Of a stretch of DNA of 45,736 nt, positions 1-9,049 are shown one piece after another. The stretch comes from a virus (Duplodnaviria > Caudoviricetes). Both the position numbers and the translations under genes were made by a program. Each line of letters begins with the position of its first letter. Position 1 is the first letter of the stretch. The stretch is taken from positions 1 through 45,736 of IMG/VR virus record IMGVR_UViG_3300012940_000041; one strand, 5' to 3'. The notes beneath the pieces were generated by a model, which had not been told where the DNA came from, did no database searches, and saw nothing but the letters and a program-made list of their open reading frames with translations.

Positions 1-193
1 ACTCCTCCAGCCTCGCCGCGTTGTGGATGGCCGTCTCGCTCGGCTGTGCTGTCGCTTGCGTCGAATTCGACCACTTCCAGACAGAAGGCGTTTCGAGCGT
101 GAGTTTTTGCATGGGCTGTGCTGTCGCTACCGGCTGCTGCGCTTTGGCGAGCAGGGTTTCCGGTTGTGTGGATGGATTCTTGTCGCTGCTCAT
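1..193 (-). CDS. Hypothetical phage early protein (partial, runs off the window)
   Basis: ATG at 193 overlaps the stop of the HNH gene; open to base 1 (MSSDKNPSTQPETLL...). Confidence 0.5.
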   Translation of the reverse strand, partial: MSSDKNPSTQPETLLAKAQQPVATAQPMQKLTLETPSVWKWSNSTQATAQPSETAIHNAARLEE

Positions 194-828
194 GGGTTGC
201 CCCCGGCATTGCTGCCTTTTCCGAATAATCTTTCTGCCGCCGCTCGATATGCAGCATGGGCTTCCTCTTTCGTGGCGAATGTCCCTAGCGTGATCGCCTT
301 CGAATTTGCTCGGATCTGCGCCTGCCACCTGTTGCCGCGCTGGTAAACACCCCTCAGACCTGACTTCTTGTTGTTGCGATATGCCTTCTCTGGCCCTACC
401 GCCGTTTTCTGCTTGTACGCCTGGTCGTGCAGTCGTTGGCAGGTGTGACATATCCGCCAGCCGTCTTCTGTGCCAATTACATTGCTCCCAGAGAGTTCAT
501 GACCGCGCTTGCAATGCGTCTTTTTAGCGTTTTGGGCGGTCGGCCCTATGCCACGGAGGGTGTTCTCTTTCGGAGTTACCGGCTCCAAGTGCTTGACGTT
601 GCAGCAGGCGCGGTTGCGGCAGAGATGGTCCAGCACTAGACCTTTCGGGACAGGGCCGTTGGCGGTTGTCCACGCAAGGACGTGCGCGCCTATTGACCTT
701 CCTTTGACGCTCACTCGACCATAGCCCTGTGCGGTGATGTGCCCGGCCCACGGCTCGCAGGGCGTTTCCATCCATGCGGGCCGCTCGTCCGTTACCGCTT
801 GCTGCGGCTGATTGTTATTCATAGTCAT
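190..828 (-). CDS. HNH homing endonuclease with C-terminal AP2 domain
   Basis: LDHLCRNRACCNVKHL HNH motif, THCKRGH and C..C zinc segment, SGLRGV..W.AQI..LGTF.T.EEA..AY AP2 motif; start placed at MTMNNN. Confidence 0.85.
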   Translation of the reverse strand: MTMNNNQPQQAVTDERPAWMETPCEPWAGHITAQGYGRVSVKGRSIGAHVLAWTTANGPVPKGLVLDHLCRNRACCNVKHLEPVTPKENTLRGIGPTAQNAKKTHCKRGHELSGSNVIGTEDGWRICHTCQRLHDQAYKQKTAVGPEKAYRNNKKSGLRGVYQRGNRWQAQIRANSKAITLGTFATKEEAHAAYRAAAERLFGKGSNAGGNP

Positions 829-934
829 TGTCTTGTCCCTTCTTCCAGTCGTCCGCAAGCTCGCACAGTGCCCACACAATCAGTGCGATGCAGAGCATGA
901 TCAGGATTGCTGCGATAGCGTGGGCGGAGGGCAT
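815..934 (-). CDS. Small membrane protein (39 aa)
   Basis: MPSAHAIAAILIMLCIALIVWALCELADDW..., one TM helix, abuts the gp157 stop. Confidence 0.55.
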   Translation of the reverse strand: MPSAHAIAAILIMLCIALIVWALCELADDWKKGQDNDYE

Positions 935-1438
935 TTACTTGATCTCAATCCGCGTGCCTTGGCTGGCCTTCGCGCCTGGCACGTCCTGCCCGGCATCCAG
1001 TGCGGCCTTGATTGCCTTCTTGTCGATCCGCTTAGCAGGCGGGGGCGGTTGCACCCAGAACGATTCCGGCACTTGGTTCTCGTCCCACACTTCGACGGAG
1101 GGTGGGTTCTTCTTGATCTTCATGGCGAAGTAGGGGCAGGACAGCTCCGATACCCCGGCAATCTCCATGCCTTGCTTGAGACGGGCGCGGAGGGCTTCGG
1201 CCCGCTTTTTCATTGCTTGCGCCCGCGCTTCCATCTGGACGATGGCGTTGTCGATGGCCTCGGCGCTGGCTTCCAGATTGCGGATGACGAATCCGTAGTT
1301 TTGCGCCTTCAACTCCAGCGGCCAGCGCTCACCCTCCAGCGTGTCGGCAAGGGTTTGCTCGTCGCATTGCGTGTCCATCAGTACGTCCGTGATCTGGCGG
1401 TACTCTTGGGCGATCTCGAAAAGGGTGAGTGCTGTCAT
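935..1438 (-). CDS. Siphovirus Gp157 family protein
   Basis: Coiled-coil N-terminus, KKNPPSV...IDKKAIKAAL..G.DVPGA signature. Confidence 0.9.
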   Translation of the reverse strand: MTALTLFEIAQEYRQITDVLMDTQCDEQTLADTLEGERWPLELKAQNYGFVIRNLEASAEAIDNAIVQMEARAQAMKKRAEALRARLKQGMEIAGVSELSCPYFAMKIKKNPPSVEVWDENQVPESFWVQPPPPAKRIDKKAIKAALDAGQDVPGAKASQGTRIEIK

Positions 1439-1450
1439 GGTCGGCTCCGA

Positions 1451-1861
1451 TCAAAACGGGATGTCGCTGTCTACGAACTTCTCAGGTGTCGAATACCCCT
1501 GCTGTTGTGGCTTGCCTTCCTGCTTCGGGCCACCACCAAGCATCTGCAGGGAGTCCGCAATGATTTCGGTCGTGTACCGCTCGATGCCCTCTTTATCGGT
1601 CCATTTCCGGGTTTGAAGCTTGCCTTCCAAGTACACGGATGAGCCTTTCTTTAGGTACTGGCCCGCGACCTCCGCCAAGCGGCGATAGAAGATAACGCGG
1701 TGCCATTCGGTGATCTCTTTCTTCTCGCCGGACGTCTTGTCCTTCCAGCTTTCGGTGGTGGCCACCGCGATGTTCGTGACGGCATCGCCTCCCGGGGTGT
1801 ATCGGGTTTCCGGGTCACGCCCGAGGTTGCCGACGATGATGACCTTGTTGACGGAAGCCAT
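1451..1861 (-). CDS. ssb: Single-stranded DNA-binding protein
   Basis: [15 protein letters not shown]...TEWHRV OB fold, acidic DSDIPF tail. Confidence 0.97.
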   Translation of the reverse strand: MASVNKVIIVGNLGRDPETRYTPGGDAVTNIAVATTESWKDKTSGEKKEITEWHRVIFYRRLAEVAGQYLKKGSSVYLEGKLQTRKWTDKEGIERYTTEIIADSLQMLGGGPKQEGKPQQQGYSTPEKFVDSDIPF

Positions 1862-2781
1862 TACGCAGCCTCCTTCGTCAGTTGCGCTTTGCGCGTGTCC
1901 TTCACGTCAGTCAGGATTGCCAGGGCGTGCCCGTCGTTCAGCGCTTGGGCGGCGCGGTAGGCCACGGCGTAGGCCTTCTGTAGTGCCTCGATGTCGCCTG
2001 CCGCTTCAATGGCAGCCTTGTGGTCGGCGAACACCTTCTCGTCGAGCTTCGGAGGCTCGGCGCCGGACTCCAGCCACTCCAGCAGCATGCGGCCGGTTTC
2101 TTCGCTGATGACCTGCGGATCGCGGCCCATGAACAGGCCGGTGCGGTCCTTGGTGGCGGTGGCATAGTGGCCGTCATGGCTCAGGTCGAGCACAACGGTC
2201 ATTTCGTACTCGAAGCCGTCGCGCTGCTCGGCCTTCATGCCGAGCTTGACCACGGTCTTTTTCCCGTTCTGCCCCTCCTGCTGCGCGGTTTCGGTCTTGC
2301 TGCGCAGAGTGACAATCACGTGCATGGGCGATTGCAGGATCGCGTCGAGCAGCGCACGGTGGCGCGGCGTGACATCGTTCCACGCAGACCAGGAGTTGCC
2401 CTTGTAGCGCGCGCGGGCAATCTCATCCACCAGCTCCAGACAGCCCCCAACACCACTCCATTCGTGCGTGATGCTGTCGATGATCATGGTTGTGTAGCCG
2501 GCGCTTTCTGCTGCGCGGATGGCCTCGATGTAGCGCTCCGGTGTGTACGGCGATCCGAGGGACAGAGCATCGAACTCGGGCGGTTCGATGAAGCGACCGT
2601 CCGGAAGGCGGACCGGCTCCGCGTACAGGCTGGCGCTTTCGCGCTCGGTATCGAGCACGGCGATCTTTCCGCCGATGCCCTTTGCCAGCAGAAGGGCAGA
2701 TAGGGTCTTGCCGGAACCGCTAGGGCCAGTCAGACCCAAACGGAGTTTTGCTTTCTTGCGCACTGCTTTCTCGAACTTCAT
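1861..2781 (-). CDS. AAA_24/Sak4-like phage recombination ATPase
   Basis: Walker [18 protein letters not shown]; next to ssb and gp157; start placed at [10 protein letters not shown]. Confidence 0.85.
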   Translation of the reverse strand: MKFEKAVRKKAKLRLGLTGPSGSGKTLSALLLAKGIGGKIAVLDTERESASLYAEPVRLPDGRFIEPPEFDALSLGSPYTPERYIEAIRAAESAGYTTMIIDSITHEWSGVGGCLELVDEIARARYKGNSWSAWNDVTPRHRALLDAILQSPMHVIVTLRSKTETAQQEGQNGKKTVVKLGMKAEQRDGFEYEMTVVLDLSHDGHYATATKDRTGLFMGRDPQVISEETGRMLLEWLESGAEPPKLDEKVFADHKAAIEAAGDIEALQKAYAVAYRAAQALNDGHALAILTDVKDTRKAQLTKEAA

Positions 2782-2954
2782 CTTGACGCTCCTTTCCATT
2801 CTTCGGACTGTGGTTGCGTTCCACTTCAATCAATTGCTGCTCTTCTTCCTGCTCCTGCTGCTGCCTCCAGCACGCTCCGCTCATTCCCGCCTCCATCGCG
2901 TAAGCCACCGCCAGATTTGCCGCCACCGTCCTGCACGGCATGTTGGAATGCGCG

Positions 2955-3137
2955 TCATTGCGGCACCGCTTTCCTTTCAACGCGCCCGTCCAGAACCCAC
3001 CGCGAGCCACCAGGAGCACAGCGCAGCATCTCGACACTGCGCAGCCACTGGCGGCGGGCGTGGCGTACTGCTTGCGGATCGGTGTAGTCCCTGCGCGGGA
3101 ACAGAATCGCTGCTTTGCGGATCAAGTCTTTGTTCAT
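2955..3137 (-). CDS. Hypothetical phage protein (60 aa)
   Basis: MNKDLIRKAAILFP..., ATGA-coupled to its neighbours. Confidence 0.6.
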   Translation of the reverse strand: MNKDLIRKAAILFPRRDYTDPQAVRHARRQWLRSVEMLRCAPGGSRWVLDGRVERKAVPQ

Positions 3138-3313
3138 GCCGCACCTGCCTTGGCGAGAAACTGGCGAATTACGGAATCGCACTGATGTAGCAGCCATTCT
3201 TGGCCGAGACGAACAGCCCGACGACGGATCACCCGAGCTTCTTCCGCTGATTTGACGACCACACCGCCCAGTGTGAATACCAGTTTCGGCGTCGCTGTAT
3301 GTTTCCCTTCCAT
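3134..3313 (-). CDS. Hypothetical phage protein, first gene of the PL operon (59 aa)
   Basis: GGGAGGGAGAG RBS before ATG 3313, directly downstream of PL. Confidence 0.6.
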   Translation of the reverse strand: MEGKHTATPKLVFTLGGVVVKSAEEARVIRRRAVRLGQEWLLHQCDSVIRQFLAKAGAA

Positions 3314-3351
3314 CTCTCCCTCCCTGTCGGTGTTGCTGTGTCGATGGAGAA

Positions 3352-3393
3352 AGTATAGGAATGCCGATATTCAATGTCAATAGGAAATCCGAT
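3352..3393 (-). promoter_or_regulatory. PL promoter with two repressor operators (OL)
   Basis: Minus strand TTGACA-17-TATACT; ATAGG-N4-CCGAT at 3355-3368 and 3380-3393, matching the OR sites. Confidence 0.85.
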
Positions 3394-3433
3394 ATTTCGA
3401 GATAAAATATCCCCCACGCCACAACACAGACGC

Positions 3434-3531
3434 AAAAAAGCCCGCAGGTGCGGGCCGGGAGGCGCAAGAAAAAGCCGGCACGTGGCCGGCTGGGGAGGGG
3501 GGAAACAAAAAGCCCTCCGCAGGGGAGGGCT
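3434..3531 (-). terminator. Three tandem Rho-independent terminators ending the cI-side transcript
   Basis: GC hairpins at 3440-3455, 3473-3491 and 3511-3531, each followed by a minus-strand U tract. Confidence 0.75.
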
Positions 3532-3544
3532 CTGAATTTATGAC

Positions 3545-3573
3545 TTGCCTATGCCGACGGTATTGGATATATT
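3545..3573 (+). promoter_or_regulatory. Sigma70 promoter for the putative ncRNA
   Basis: TTGCCT-17-TATATT; +1 falls at ~3580. Confidence 0.6.
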
Positions 3574-3580
3574 CCCTTAT

Positions 3581-3660
3581 GTAGACAAGCGCAGGGATTG
3601 TAGAGGTCGCCGAAAGGTGGCAGCCCGTAGAGGGTGGGTTCCTCGAACCTGGGGTCTACC
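3581..3660 (+). ncRNA. Putative DUF3800-associated structured RNA
   Basis: Closing stem GTAGAC/GTCTAC; internal hairpins GTCGCC-GAAA-GGTGGC, GCCC-GTAGA-GGGT and GGTTC-CTC-GAACC; next to a DUF3800-like gene. Confidence 0.6.
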
Positions 3661-3666
3661 TCGTTT

Positions 3667-4002
3667 CTAAAGGCTCGCTAGATCGGCGAGCCTTTTTCTT
3701 TCCTCTCTGTCATTGCACCAAGTCTTGATGCCGTAACCGTCTACGCTCTTCTTGTGGCGATAAACAGTATTGGCGATCAGCCGTAAGTACCGATCTTCTA
3801 CTTCGCCGTATGGATTTTTGTTTGCTGCGTAGTAGGCGCTAGTAGCTACCGCGTCAGCAACTTGGAGCCCTGCAAGCTGATCATGGTTAACGGCCCGCAC
3901 CCGTTGGCTTGAGATAACCCCCCAGTCGATATTTACTGCCTCCCCCATCGCGGTGTTGCGCAGAAGCCTGTCAAGGTAATCCCTCAATTCTTCGTAAGAC
4001 AT
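3667..4002 (-). pseudogene. DUF3800-family protein, C-terminal half only
   Basis: GLQVADAVA (QxAD) motif; only 111 aa and no N-terminal DE motif. Confidence 0.65.
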
Positions 4003-4019
4003 GGCCGGTAAGTGTTTCG

Positions 4020-4823
4020 CTACGCTAGGTCACTGATATATAGCTTTGCGATCTCCCCGTCCTCGTCAATCTCGGCTTTCGCTTTGAATGCGAGGGGCTG
4101 CTGGCTGGCTAAAGCCAGAGCATATGGGTTGTTCGGGATGACGCGGATGGGATCCGTGATCTCGGCCTGGATGCGCTGATCGCTATCTCCAATCGAAACC
4201 TTGCAGCCGCCGGTCTTTGTGTCGAGTTCAGAAATCACCCCCGTATATACGCGGGTTTGCTCGAACTGCGTGACTGCCTGCTGGGCGAAAAAAGCCTTAT
4301 CTTCGCTATCGAGATTTACGAATTTCCGACCTCCTGAGTACAAGTCGATCTTTCCGCAAGTTTTTTCGATTGGAGCGGTTGCCAGGCGCGCAGACGGTCG
4401 CAGAGCATCCGCCATCTTATCGATGGTGGCGATTAACTTCTCTGTCTGCTGCGCGTTGTTGGCTAGCGCCTTGTCCAACGCGTCCTTAAGCATTTTCATT
4501 TCTTCGCCTGATCTCCGACTCAACACATATGCTACCACTGCCGCCAGAACGGCCCCGCCGGCTCCCGACCAAAGGTTTGCGCTCGAAAGAAGGCTCTTTA
4601 GTTGCGCGATGACCTCGTAGCAATTGTGCTTGTCAGGTTCCTTGGCGACGACTTTAACGGCCAAGCTGTCAAACTGTTTGTTGTACTTCCCAGTTTCGAC
4701 GAAGTTCCCGCAGACGGCAAGAATTCTGGCGAAGCCTTGTAGCGAAAGTCCTAGCTGGTTCAGATCTAACGTGTGGCTTTCCGCGTCGCCGCCCTCGTAG
4801 CGGATGGAGATGCTTTCTTGCAT
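4020..4823 (-). CDS. Hypothetical accessory protein (267 aa; central hydrophobic helix, beta-rich C-terminus)
   Basis: AGGAG RBS before MQESISIRYEGGDA; lower GC than the phage core. Confidence 0.75.
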   Translation of the reverse strand: MQESISIRYEGGDAESHTLDLNQLGLSLQGFARILAVCGNFVETGKYNKQFDSLAVKVVAKEPDKHNCYEVIAQLKSLLSSANLWSGAGGAVLAAVVAYVLSRRSGEEMKMLKDALDKALANNAQQTEKLIATIDKMADALRPSARLATAPIEKTCGKIDLYSGGRKFVNLDSEDKAFFAQQAVTQFEQTRVYTGVISELDTKTGGCKVSIGDSDQRIQAEITDPIRVIPNNPYALALASQQPLAFKAKAEIDEDGEIAKLYISDLA

Positions 4824-4830
4824 ATGGCTC

Positions 4831-5295
4831 CTACTGTTGTTTTTTATTCTTTCCCCGCCTCCACTCCCAAGGCGGGACCGCCTCCTTATCCGCCCACAGC
4901 CCGCGCCGCTCGGTCCGGGCCCGATCCTGCAGCTCTGGTAGCGCCGGATCACGGTTATATCGCGGCTCGGCCCAAGCCATTCCACGCCGCACCTGTTCCG
5001 TGCCGACATTCACTCCGTCGCAGTAGACGTGCGCGGTGATCCGGCTCCATGATTTGCCGGTCTTCTTGTACGTGGCATCTTTACCCCAGCACAGCTCGGA
5101 TAGGGATTGGCGTGACCGGGTACCGAATGGCTGCTTCCGCTCGGGAGCGTCGATGCCGTGGATGCGGATACTCACCTCTTGCTGCTCGACCAGCAGCTTG
5201 ATCGTGTCGCCGTCCGTGATGCCGATGACTTGGTGGGCGAGGGCGTGGAGGGGGAGGGCGCAAAGCGCGGCAAATACTACGGAGGACGTTTTCAT
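4831..5295 (-). CDS. Thermonuclease (SNase) family protein with signal peptide
   Basis: DGDTI, IRIHGIDAPE, QPFG, ARTERRGLW, PPWEWRR motifs. Confidence 0.92.
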   Translation of the reverse strand: MKTSSVVFAALCALPLHALAHQVIGITDGDTIKLLVEQQEVSIRIHGIDAPERKQPFGTRSRQSLSELCWGKDATYKKTGKSWSRITAHVYCDGVNVGTEQVRRGMAWAEPRYNRDPALPELQDRARTERRGLWADKEAVPPWEWRRGKNKKQQ

Positions 5296-5340
5296 TTCGG
5301 TGGCGAACGCGCAGCAGAGCTGCCGACAAGTCCGCGCTCG

Positions 5341-5520
5341 TTAGAATTCCGGAATGCCGCGAGTGCCGGCGTTCACAAGGTCCACAATTGAAACGATTGC
5401 AACCAAGATAGTGACCACGGAAACTGCTTTGACGAATACATTTCGGTCGCTGCGGCAGATTATTTCAATCATCCTTGTGATGATGTATGCCCCAATCATT
5501 ATTCCAATTGTTGGAATCAT
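5341..5520 (-). CDS. Small two-TM membrane protein (59 aa)
   Basis: GGGAG RBS; MIPTIGIMIGAYIITR...VSVVTILVAIVSIVDLV. Confidence 0.6.
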   Translation of the reverse strand: MIPTIGIMIGAYIITRMIEIICRSDRNVFVKAVSVVTILVAIVSIVDLVNAGTRGIPEF

Positions 5521-5718
5521 TTTTTCTCCCTGGCCGGCAGTATCGGCGTGCCGTTTCGCCTTTGTTGTTGATTAACAGCAATTAAACCTTTTGACAACTT
5601 TCACGTACATCCCATGAATATGAGGATAGGGCGCTCATTCCTTTTCAGAGTCGATCACTGCTCTTCCCGAGCTCAGTGCGGACGCCGTCTCGCCCCCAGA
5701 TGGGTGGTTAAAAGAAAA

Positions 5719-6273
5719 TCAAAGCGCACTTGCGGACTTGGCCCTGCGTCGATCTCCCTCTTCTCCCCATTCATCAGACTCATAGGTGATAGTAACGGCA
5801 AGCCGATCGGTGATGGCGACATAAAGCCCGTTGCCCCAGAAAGTGGAGTACCTCGCCTTTCCAAGTCGGATCGCCTGCTCCTCGTATCCATCCCCTTCGT
5901 AGTACGGGCGACGGAACATCTTGAATGTATCGGACGGGTCTCCATACTTTTCGACAAGCACCTTCCTGACTTCGTTGTACTTATCGATCGCACGCCGATC
6001 CGGTGTGGCAAGTACGATAAATACCTTGGCCAGCTTTTTATTCGAAAACATTGCCCATCCGGCCATTGTTTCCCCTAATAACTTTCCTTCGAACTTCAGG
6101 TCGCCATCCTTGTCGGTGGCAGTCGGCTTAAACCCTTTCCCGATAAGCTGGCGCTTTACTTCCTCTACAGTTGATCCCCACTTTATGTCAGCAAACAACG
6201 GCGACTGAGCTTGCGCGATTGGACTGAGTAGGAATGCAAGTGAAAGCAGTGCGGCTCGGAGGATCGTTTTCAT
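5719..6273 (-). CDS. Secreted/periplasmic hypothetical protein
   Basis: Signal peptide ending AQA; KWGSTVEEVK...LVEKYGDP; directly downstream of cI. Confidence 0.8.
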   Translation of the reverse strand: MKTILRAALLSLAFLLSPIAQAQSPLFADIKWGSTVEEVKRQLIGKGFKPTATDKDGDLKFEGKLLGETMAGWAMFSNKKLAKVFIVLATPDRRAIDKYNEVRKVLVEKYGDPSDTFKMFRRPYYEGDGYEEQAIRLGKARYSTFWGNGLYVAITDRLAVTITYESDEWGEEGDRRRAKSASAL

Positions 6274-6373
6274 TTCTCTAACTCTGGCGTAGCAAAAGGG
6301 GTGTCGTTTATTGATTTTTGGAAATTAGACCGTTTACCAACTACTGCGGCTATCCCATGGATATGGGATTGTG

Positions 6374-7081
6374 TCACACAAACTTTTCCAATTTCGCAAT
6401 AACCACGCCGCAGATATGCGACTCGGCCTGAATGGGGATGATGCGATTGGGCCACGCTGGATTTAGCGCTTCCAAGTACCAGTCGGAGCCGTCGATCAGC
6501 AGGCGCTTAAACGTCACCTCGTTCGTCAAATCGAGTTTTGCGATGACCAGGGATTTGTGCACTGCGCTGCGCTCCGGATCGACAAACACAATGTCGCCGT
6601 CATCGAACGATGGCTTCCCCCCTGGATTGCGCATGCTTTCGCCGCGAATCTGGAGGGCGTAGGTGCGTGGGCCATGCCGCACCGGACAAGACAGCCACTC
6701 ATTGCCGTCGCCGGCAGGGTAGGGGTCTTGCGCCTCGCACCAATTCCCCGCCTGCACCCACGAAATGAGTGGCACGGCATCGAGTTCTGTTTTTATCGGA
6801 CGTACGTTGTACTCATCAGCGACCGCATCCGAAGCGACAGGCGGAGGCAGTCCGGACGGGGCGGGGCCGAACATGGATCGCTTTGGGCCGCGCCCGGTCT
6901 CCAGCCACAGAGCATTCACGCCAAGAGCCGCTGCCATTGTCGCAATACTCGTCGTGCCGCGCGAATCCCCTCGCTCCAGCTCTGACAGAGTCGGTTGACT
7001 AATCCCCACTTTGGCGGCCAAGTCCTTTTGGCTCAGCTTCGCCTCTTTCCGTGCTTCGCGCACGCGCTCCCCGATAGACAT
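6374..7081 (-). CDS. cI: CI-like phage repressor (XRE HTH + S24 peptidase)
   Basis: IGERVREARK HTH; VPLISWVQAG cleavage site, GESM Ser and TFKRL Lys catalytic motifs. Confidence 0.95.
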   Translation of the reverse strand: MSIGERVREARKEAKLSQKDLAAKVGISQPTLSELERGDSRGTTSIATMAAALGVNALWLETGRGPKRSMFGPAPSGLPPPVASDAVADEYNVRPIKTELDAVPLISWVQAGNWCEAQDPYPAGDGNEWLSCPVRHGPRTYALQIRGESMRNPGGKPSFDDGDIVFVDPERSAVHKSLVIAKLDLTNEVTFKRLLIDGSDWYLEALNPAWPNRIIPIQAESHICGVVIAKLEKFV

Positions 7082-7147
7082 ATCTGGATTCTTATATATT
7101 TCCGCATCGGAAATCCTATTGACTTCCTTTATCGGAAGTCCTATATT
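7082..7147. promoter_or_regulatory. OR operators with PR (and overlapping PRM)
   Basis: ATCGG-N4-CCTAT at 7106-7119 and 7131-7144, degenerate copy at 7082-7095; PR is TTGACT-17-TATATT (7119-7147). Confidence 0.85.
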
Positions 7148-7154
7148 CTTGCTC

Positions 7155-7397
7155 ATGGACATCGCGAATCTTATTTCCCTGTTGCGGGAGAAGGGGTTGA
7201 CCCAAGCCGAAATCGGCAAATCGGTCGGGTGCAGCCAGCCCGCGATTAGCGAAATGGCGAGCGGAAAGATTGGGAAGGCCCGCCCGTCGTGGCGAATAGT
7301 CGAGGGTTTTCGACTACTTGCCGAAAAGCATGGGTTAACACTAACACAGCAGCCCGAGCGGCCCCGCGCCCGCCGCCGCACCGACAAGAAGCAGTGA
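7155..7397 (+). CDS. cro: Cro-like HTH regulator
   Basis: GLTQAEIGKSVGCSQPAISEM HTH, divergent from cI. Confidence 0.85.
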   Translation: MDIANLISLLREKGLTQAEIGKSVGCSQPAISEMASGKIGKARPSWRIVEGFRLLAEKHGLTLTQQPERPRARRRTDKKQ

Positions 7398-7663
7398 TGA
7401 CAACAGTCCAGCTAGCAGCCGACCTGACCGACGTTCACGCGCAGTTGCGCGAAGCGCGTGAGCTACTTGAGCAAATCCCCGAAGGATTGCTTCAGCATTT
7501 TCGCGAGATGTTGTTCGAGAGTGTCTCCGCCGGCTGTCTTGAGATCGGCAAAACGAGTCTCGACGCCACAACGCCCACAACGTACCGCTTTCGGTTCCGC
7601 CTCGGTTGGCGCTTCGATGCAGTTGTGGCCGCAATGCGGGCAAAACAGCTTGAGGCTGGCTGA
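7397..7663 (+). CDS. Hypothetical protein (88 aa)
   Basis: TGATG-coupled to cro; overlapped by an antisense ORF. Confidence 0.45.
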   Translation: MTTVQLAADLTDVHAQLREARELLEQIPEGLLQHFREMLFESVSAGCLEIGKTSLDATTPTTYRFRFRLGWRFDAVVAAMRAKQLEAG

Positions 7664-7672
7664 CTCGGTCAT
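7463..7672 (-). CDS. Small zinc-ribbon protein
   Basis: CPHC...CGRC; AAGGA RBS; TACGAT -10 upstream. Confidence 0.6.
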   Translation of the reverse strand: MTESASLKLFCPHCGHNCIEAPTEAEPKAVRCGRCGVETRFADLKTAGGDTLEQHLAKMLKQSFGDLLK

Positions 7673-7810
7673 GGGAGGTTCCTTTGCAGATTGTTGTTGA
7701 GGAACTGCAATCGTAGCGCATTGGAACTTCCCTCCCGTTTGTTGATGTTGTTGGCCGAACTGTAAGAGAAGTTTCAGAAAAGCAAAACCACCGGAAATCA
7801 GGAGAAGTCA

Positions 7811-8263
7811 GTGAATCTGCGCGCGACCTATCAAAAGATGATTACCAGTCTCAAGGGCGGATGGGACGGCATGGCTGCCAACCTTGGCCTCTCGACGTCT
7901 GCGCTTGAGAACTACGTCTACGAGAAGAAGGGGCAGTGCATGTCGGTGCATATGGCGCTGCAGATTCAAGACTTCTCCAACACGGCCTTGTTTGCGGAAG
8001 CCATTGCGAAAGCCAGTGGCGGCGTCTTCGTCTCGTTGCCCCGCGCAGACGATATTGACGACGAAGCACTCCAGTCGAAATTTCACGCGCTGTACGCCGA
8101 GCTCGGTCGCCTTTCGCAGACCTACAGTGAAGCAATAGAAGACGGTGAAATCGATCGGCGCGAGCGCGCGGATCTGACAGCAATAAGCGACCGCATGCAC
8201 CAGATCATGCAGGAGCTGATGGGTCTGATGTTCCGCATCTACTGCCGCCCGGAGGGCGCATGA
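7811..8263 (+). CDS. CII/YmfL-like phage regulatory protein
   Basis: GGWDGMAANLG HTH, EAIEDGEIDRRE motif, position after cro. Confidence 0.8.
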   Translation: MNLRATYQKMITSLKGGWDGMAANLGLSTSALENYVYEKKGQCMSVHMALQIQDFSNTALFAEAIAKASGGVFVSLPRADDIDDEALQSKFHALYAELGRLSQTYSEAIEDGEIDRRERADLTAISDRMHQIMQELMGLMFRIYCRPEGA

Positions 8264-8499
8264 CGATCACGTACACACCCGAGGCAATGCGTCAGCGCGT
8301 CCTGGCTCGTGCGAGCGAGGATTTCGAGGCTGGGAAAGACCTGTCCGACAACCCGTACCCGTGGAACTCTGCCGCCTATCTCACATGGGAGCAGGAGTGG
8401 ATGCGGCTTATCTCCGAACGCTCGGCGCAATCTTCCCCTGATCTCATGATTCGGCAGGGCGGCGCTACCCGGATTGATCCTGCTCAGGTGGAGGCATGA
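8260..8499 (+). CDS. Hypothetical phage protein
   Basis: ATGA-coupled; NPYP..S..Y..W motif. Confidence 0.65.
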   Translation: MTITYTPEAMRQRVLARASEDFEAGKDLSDNPYPWNSAAYLTWEQEWMRLISERSAQSSPDLMIRQGGATRIDPAQVEA

Positions 8500-8500
8500 C

Positions 8501-8932
8501 ATGACTCAAGTGGATCTCTCTTGCGCAACGAAAGGCCCGAAGCCGGGCAGCGCTGCGGACAAGATCGTCCGCGCAATCTATGAGCGCGGGCCGATGACCA
8601 CAGATGAGCTGATTTCCGTGACCGGGATGATGCTCGCCCGCCGCAACGGCTACACATCGGCTCTGCGTCGTTGTGTTGATTACGGCTGGCTGGAGCTTGG
8701 AGCCGGCGCGAAATATTCGCTGACGCCGGTCGTGCTTGGCCTGCTCGCCCGCGAAGTGCCGGAACCGGTGAAGTACGAAGGCGCAGTAGCCGGGCCGCGC
8801 TACCACAAGGAATTCACGCCGATTCAGGCGAAGAACATCCCGTCGCTGGAACCGCGCCGTCCTGATGCGCTGCCTGCGCGCCGCGTGTCGTTCGTGTCCT
8901 GCTCGGGCGCGCCGTCCCAGGTGTGGGGCTGA
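8501..8932 (+). CDS. Hypothetical protein, possible winged helix
   Basis: GGAGG RBS; IVRAIYERGPMTTDEL pattern. Confidence 0.65.
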   Translation: MTQVDLSCATKGPKPGSAADKIVRAIYERGPMTTDELISVTGMMLARRNGYTSALRRCVDYGWLELGAGAKYSLTPVVLGLLAREVPEPVKYEGAVAGPRYHKEFTPIQAKNIPSLEPRRPDALPARRVSFVSCSGAPSQVWG

Positions 8933-8933
8933 T

Positions 8934-9047
8934 ATGGCGCCCGCCCTCTACATCCTGCACATCGTGGACGACTTCGGCAATCAGATCGCGCCTTGCGCAC
9001 TGCCGCATGACGTCTACATGCGTCGCTACGCCTTCTTCACGGAGTAA
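8934..9047 (+). CDS. Small hypothetical protein (37 aa)
   Basis: Fills the gap between coupled genes. Confidence 0.4.
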   Translation: MAPALYILHIVDDFGNQIAPCALPHDVYMRRYAFFTE

Positions 9048-9049
9048 CC

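Noticed and set aside
42-128. 15-bp direct repeat GGCTGTGCTGTCGCT
   Set aside because: Intragenic duplication encoding ATAQP twice; no sign of a separate role
7082-7387. 337-aa long form of the repressor
   Set aside because: The extension runs through the operators and cro; the HTH starts at ATG 7081
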